Shown one piece after another: positions 61,990 through 64,000 of a stretch of DNA of 64,000 nt. The position numbers were made by a program, and so were the translations under genes. Under the pieces are notes generated by a model. That model searched no databases. It was not told where the DNA came from and saw only the letters and a program-made list of their open reading frames with translations. This DNA comes from Mobula hypostoma (lineage: Eukaryota): assembly GCF_963921235.1 (NCBI RefSeq), contig NC_086120.1, positions 8,804,001 through 8,868,000 of the forward strand, in the 5' to 3' direction. Each line of letters starts with the position of its first letter. Position 1 is the first letter of the stretch.

Positions 61990-64000
61990 AAGCGTACTTG
62001 TACCTATCGTCCAAATGCATGGCCCGCTGCTTCTGTAGGAAGTAGATGGGAATAAGGGGGAACCTGTGCAGCCCTGGGACTGGTGAGTTCTGTTACACTC
62101 TGCATTGTTTTGCCAAAACCAGCTACAGTCCAAACCAGTGGGCTGATCAATTGTGGGATAACAATTGGAGAGTCAGTGAGGGGAGAGGAATGATTGCAGA
62201 TTTTTTCCACCCCACTCTGCAGTAAACTGCTGAAGATCAGATTTCACAGCTGATTATTACATAGAGGACTGCTCAGGTAGTGAATTCCCGCATGGTTTCA
62301 GTGGTCTGAACCTGGCTGGAATCAGTCTGGATGAGTGGGATCGCGTTTCACTGCAAGGCTCCTTCAGAAGCATCATTAAAACAAATGACCAGCACATGGG
62401 GACAAGACAAGCTGGATTCCACATCCCCATCCCACACCCCGGCCCGACTTACTCCAATGTTATTCATTACCCTGACCAGTTTCTTTGTCATCTCTGGTAC
62501 AGATACTGGAAATTCTAGCCCAATATCACTGTACAAATGTATACATTATAGATATTCTGGAGGGTTCGAAAGGCAGCTGTGACTGAGCTGGTCTAACACA
62601 AGTAACTTCCTCAAACCCCCAACCCCACCAGTAGCCCCAAAATTCTCATTGTCCCTTTCTGGCTGTGCTGACATTATGCTTATCGGGTGCACGTTAGGCT
62701 ATTGCACCGTGAGGGCACTTTTGTTCATACTTGACCCTCCAGGACAGTGGCATTCGATGATGCGTCATGTGTGTTCTTCCTTCCAGTTTCAGGAATGACT
62801 CGATTGATGATTGGGGTGTCTTAAAAAAGTGCCTGTTTGTAGTGGCATGTGCTCTCTGCTGACTCAGCAGTAGAGTTAATTTTGGGATATGGGGAAAAGT
62901 ACTGGCTCCTGGAAAATAGTTAGTTTTTGAATGATTTTGTTGTGCATTGTCATTCTAATCTCATTGTGATACATGTATTTGTAGACATTTGAGATTGTGA
63001 AGAAGGATATGAAATCCTGTGTTTTGATTTTGCGTAATTGCTCAGGCTCATGGTAACAACACCACCTACAACCACGCCCCCTCCCCACCCACCACCCACC
63101 GCCACCACTACCTTCCTTTTCACTGAGAATAAAGAGCTCCTTATTTAAAGGCTTATTTTGGTTCAGGTGAAGAGGAAGGTGCAGTAAGGTTTATGACTTT
63201 AGACTGATGTTTAGGAGCTGTAGACCTAAAGTTCTGATAGTATATAATCGTGTTTTCACTGATGTCATTTTGGTTAATTTGCCATTTTTTGTACCATCTA
63301 TTTTTACACTTTTTCTAAATGCTTCCCTCTGACACACAATAAACACCTTGGCACTGAATGTGCGATTGCGGCCTGCCATCTGATCTTTAAATTCAAAAGG
63401 GTCACTAGACCCTGACCATAACCTACTGTGCGACACTTTACATCATGTATCTCTATCTTTATCACTCTGTTTCTTCCTTTAACTTTCCATTCTGTATGTC
63501 TCTGCTACATTTTCCCTGTCTCCAAGGCATCCAAATCATTATAATTCTCACACAAATCTCATGTCTTTCTCTTCATTACCTTGTCTCTGTATCTTCTTTT
63601 ATATAATTCTCATACTTCGATATCCCAAATGTTCCTTCTGAAGCTTGGTATGTGTTTAGACTGACTGCAACTCGAACTCATTTACACAGAGGAAAATTAG
63701 AAAGGCCAGTTCCTGTATTTGGTTCTGATGGAGTTCACGGTTTGGTTTTTGCCCCTTGATTTCTTTCTTTTGGAGGGAAGTTTATTTAAAGGATTAAAGT
63801 GGCAGATTATAAAGCTATCTTTAGCTCCAAGAACATTCAGGATGTCAGCGACTGGTGGAACCTCATGAAATAATTAACTCCAGTGGGGCAATTCTCCTGA
63901 ATGAAGCTCCAGCACACTGCATCATTGACATTCATTAATGATCACCCACCGGATATTGCAAACACAGGTCATAAATCTGTGAATCCATAGTGCCTCAAAG
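61990..64000 (+). repeat. Unexplained paralogous module, copy C (least deleted; cut by the window end)
   Basis: Matches A (3690-5075) and B (51790-52680); retains the GTGAGT donor at 62083 and AG acceptors at 62249 and 62276. Confidence 0.6.

Overview
Repeat-dense vertebrate DNA, almost certainly from a cartilaginous fish (probably a ray, inferred from familiar repeat families). The one clearly recognisable gene is a split (unrearranged) immunoglobulin light-chain cluster on the + strand at about 43.7-46.8 kb: promoter, leader, V, 12-RSS, about 380 bp spacer, 23-RSS, J, 1.37 kb intron, C, poly(A). The V and C sequences match the sigma (type IV) isotype. V, J and C reading frames are intact, but three control lesions are visible: an extra T in the leader, a CATAGTG V heptamer and a degenerate J nonamer. 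The V-J unit is bracketed by two Penelope-derived fold-back insertions with target-site duplications and hammerhead-type motifs. Three paralogous copies of an unexplained 2-3 kb module (3.7-6.4, 51.8-54.1 and 62-64 kb) carry splice signals and scattered Ig-like motifs and may be relics of an Ig-superfamily gene; this reading is tentative. The rest is nested CR1, L2/Rex1, L1/Tx1, R4, Ty3/Gypsy, Tc1, hAT, SINE and Penelope debris. Repeat boundaries are approximate and all alignments were done by eye.
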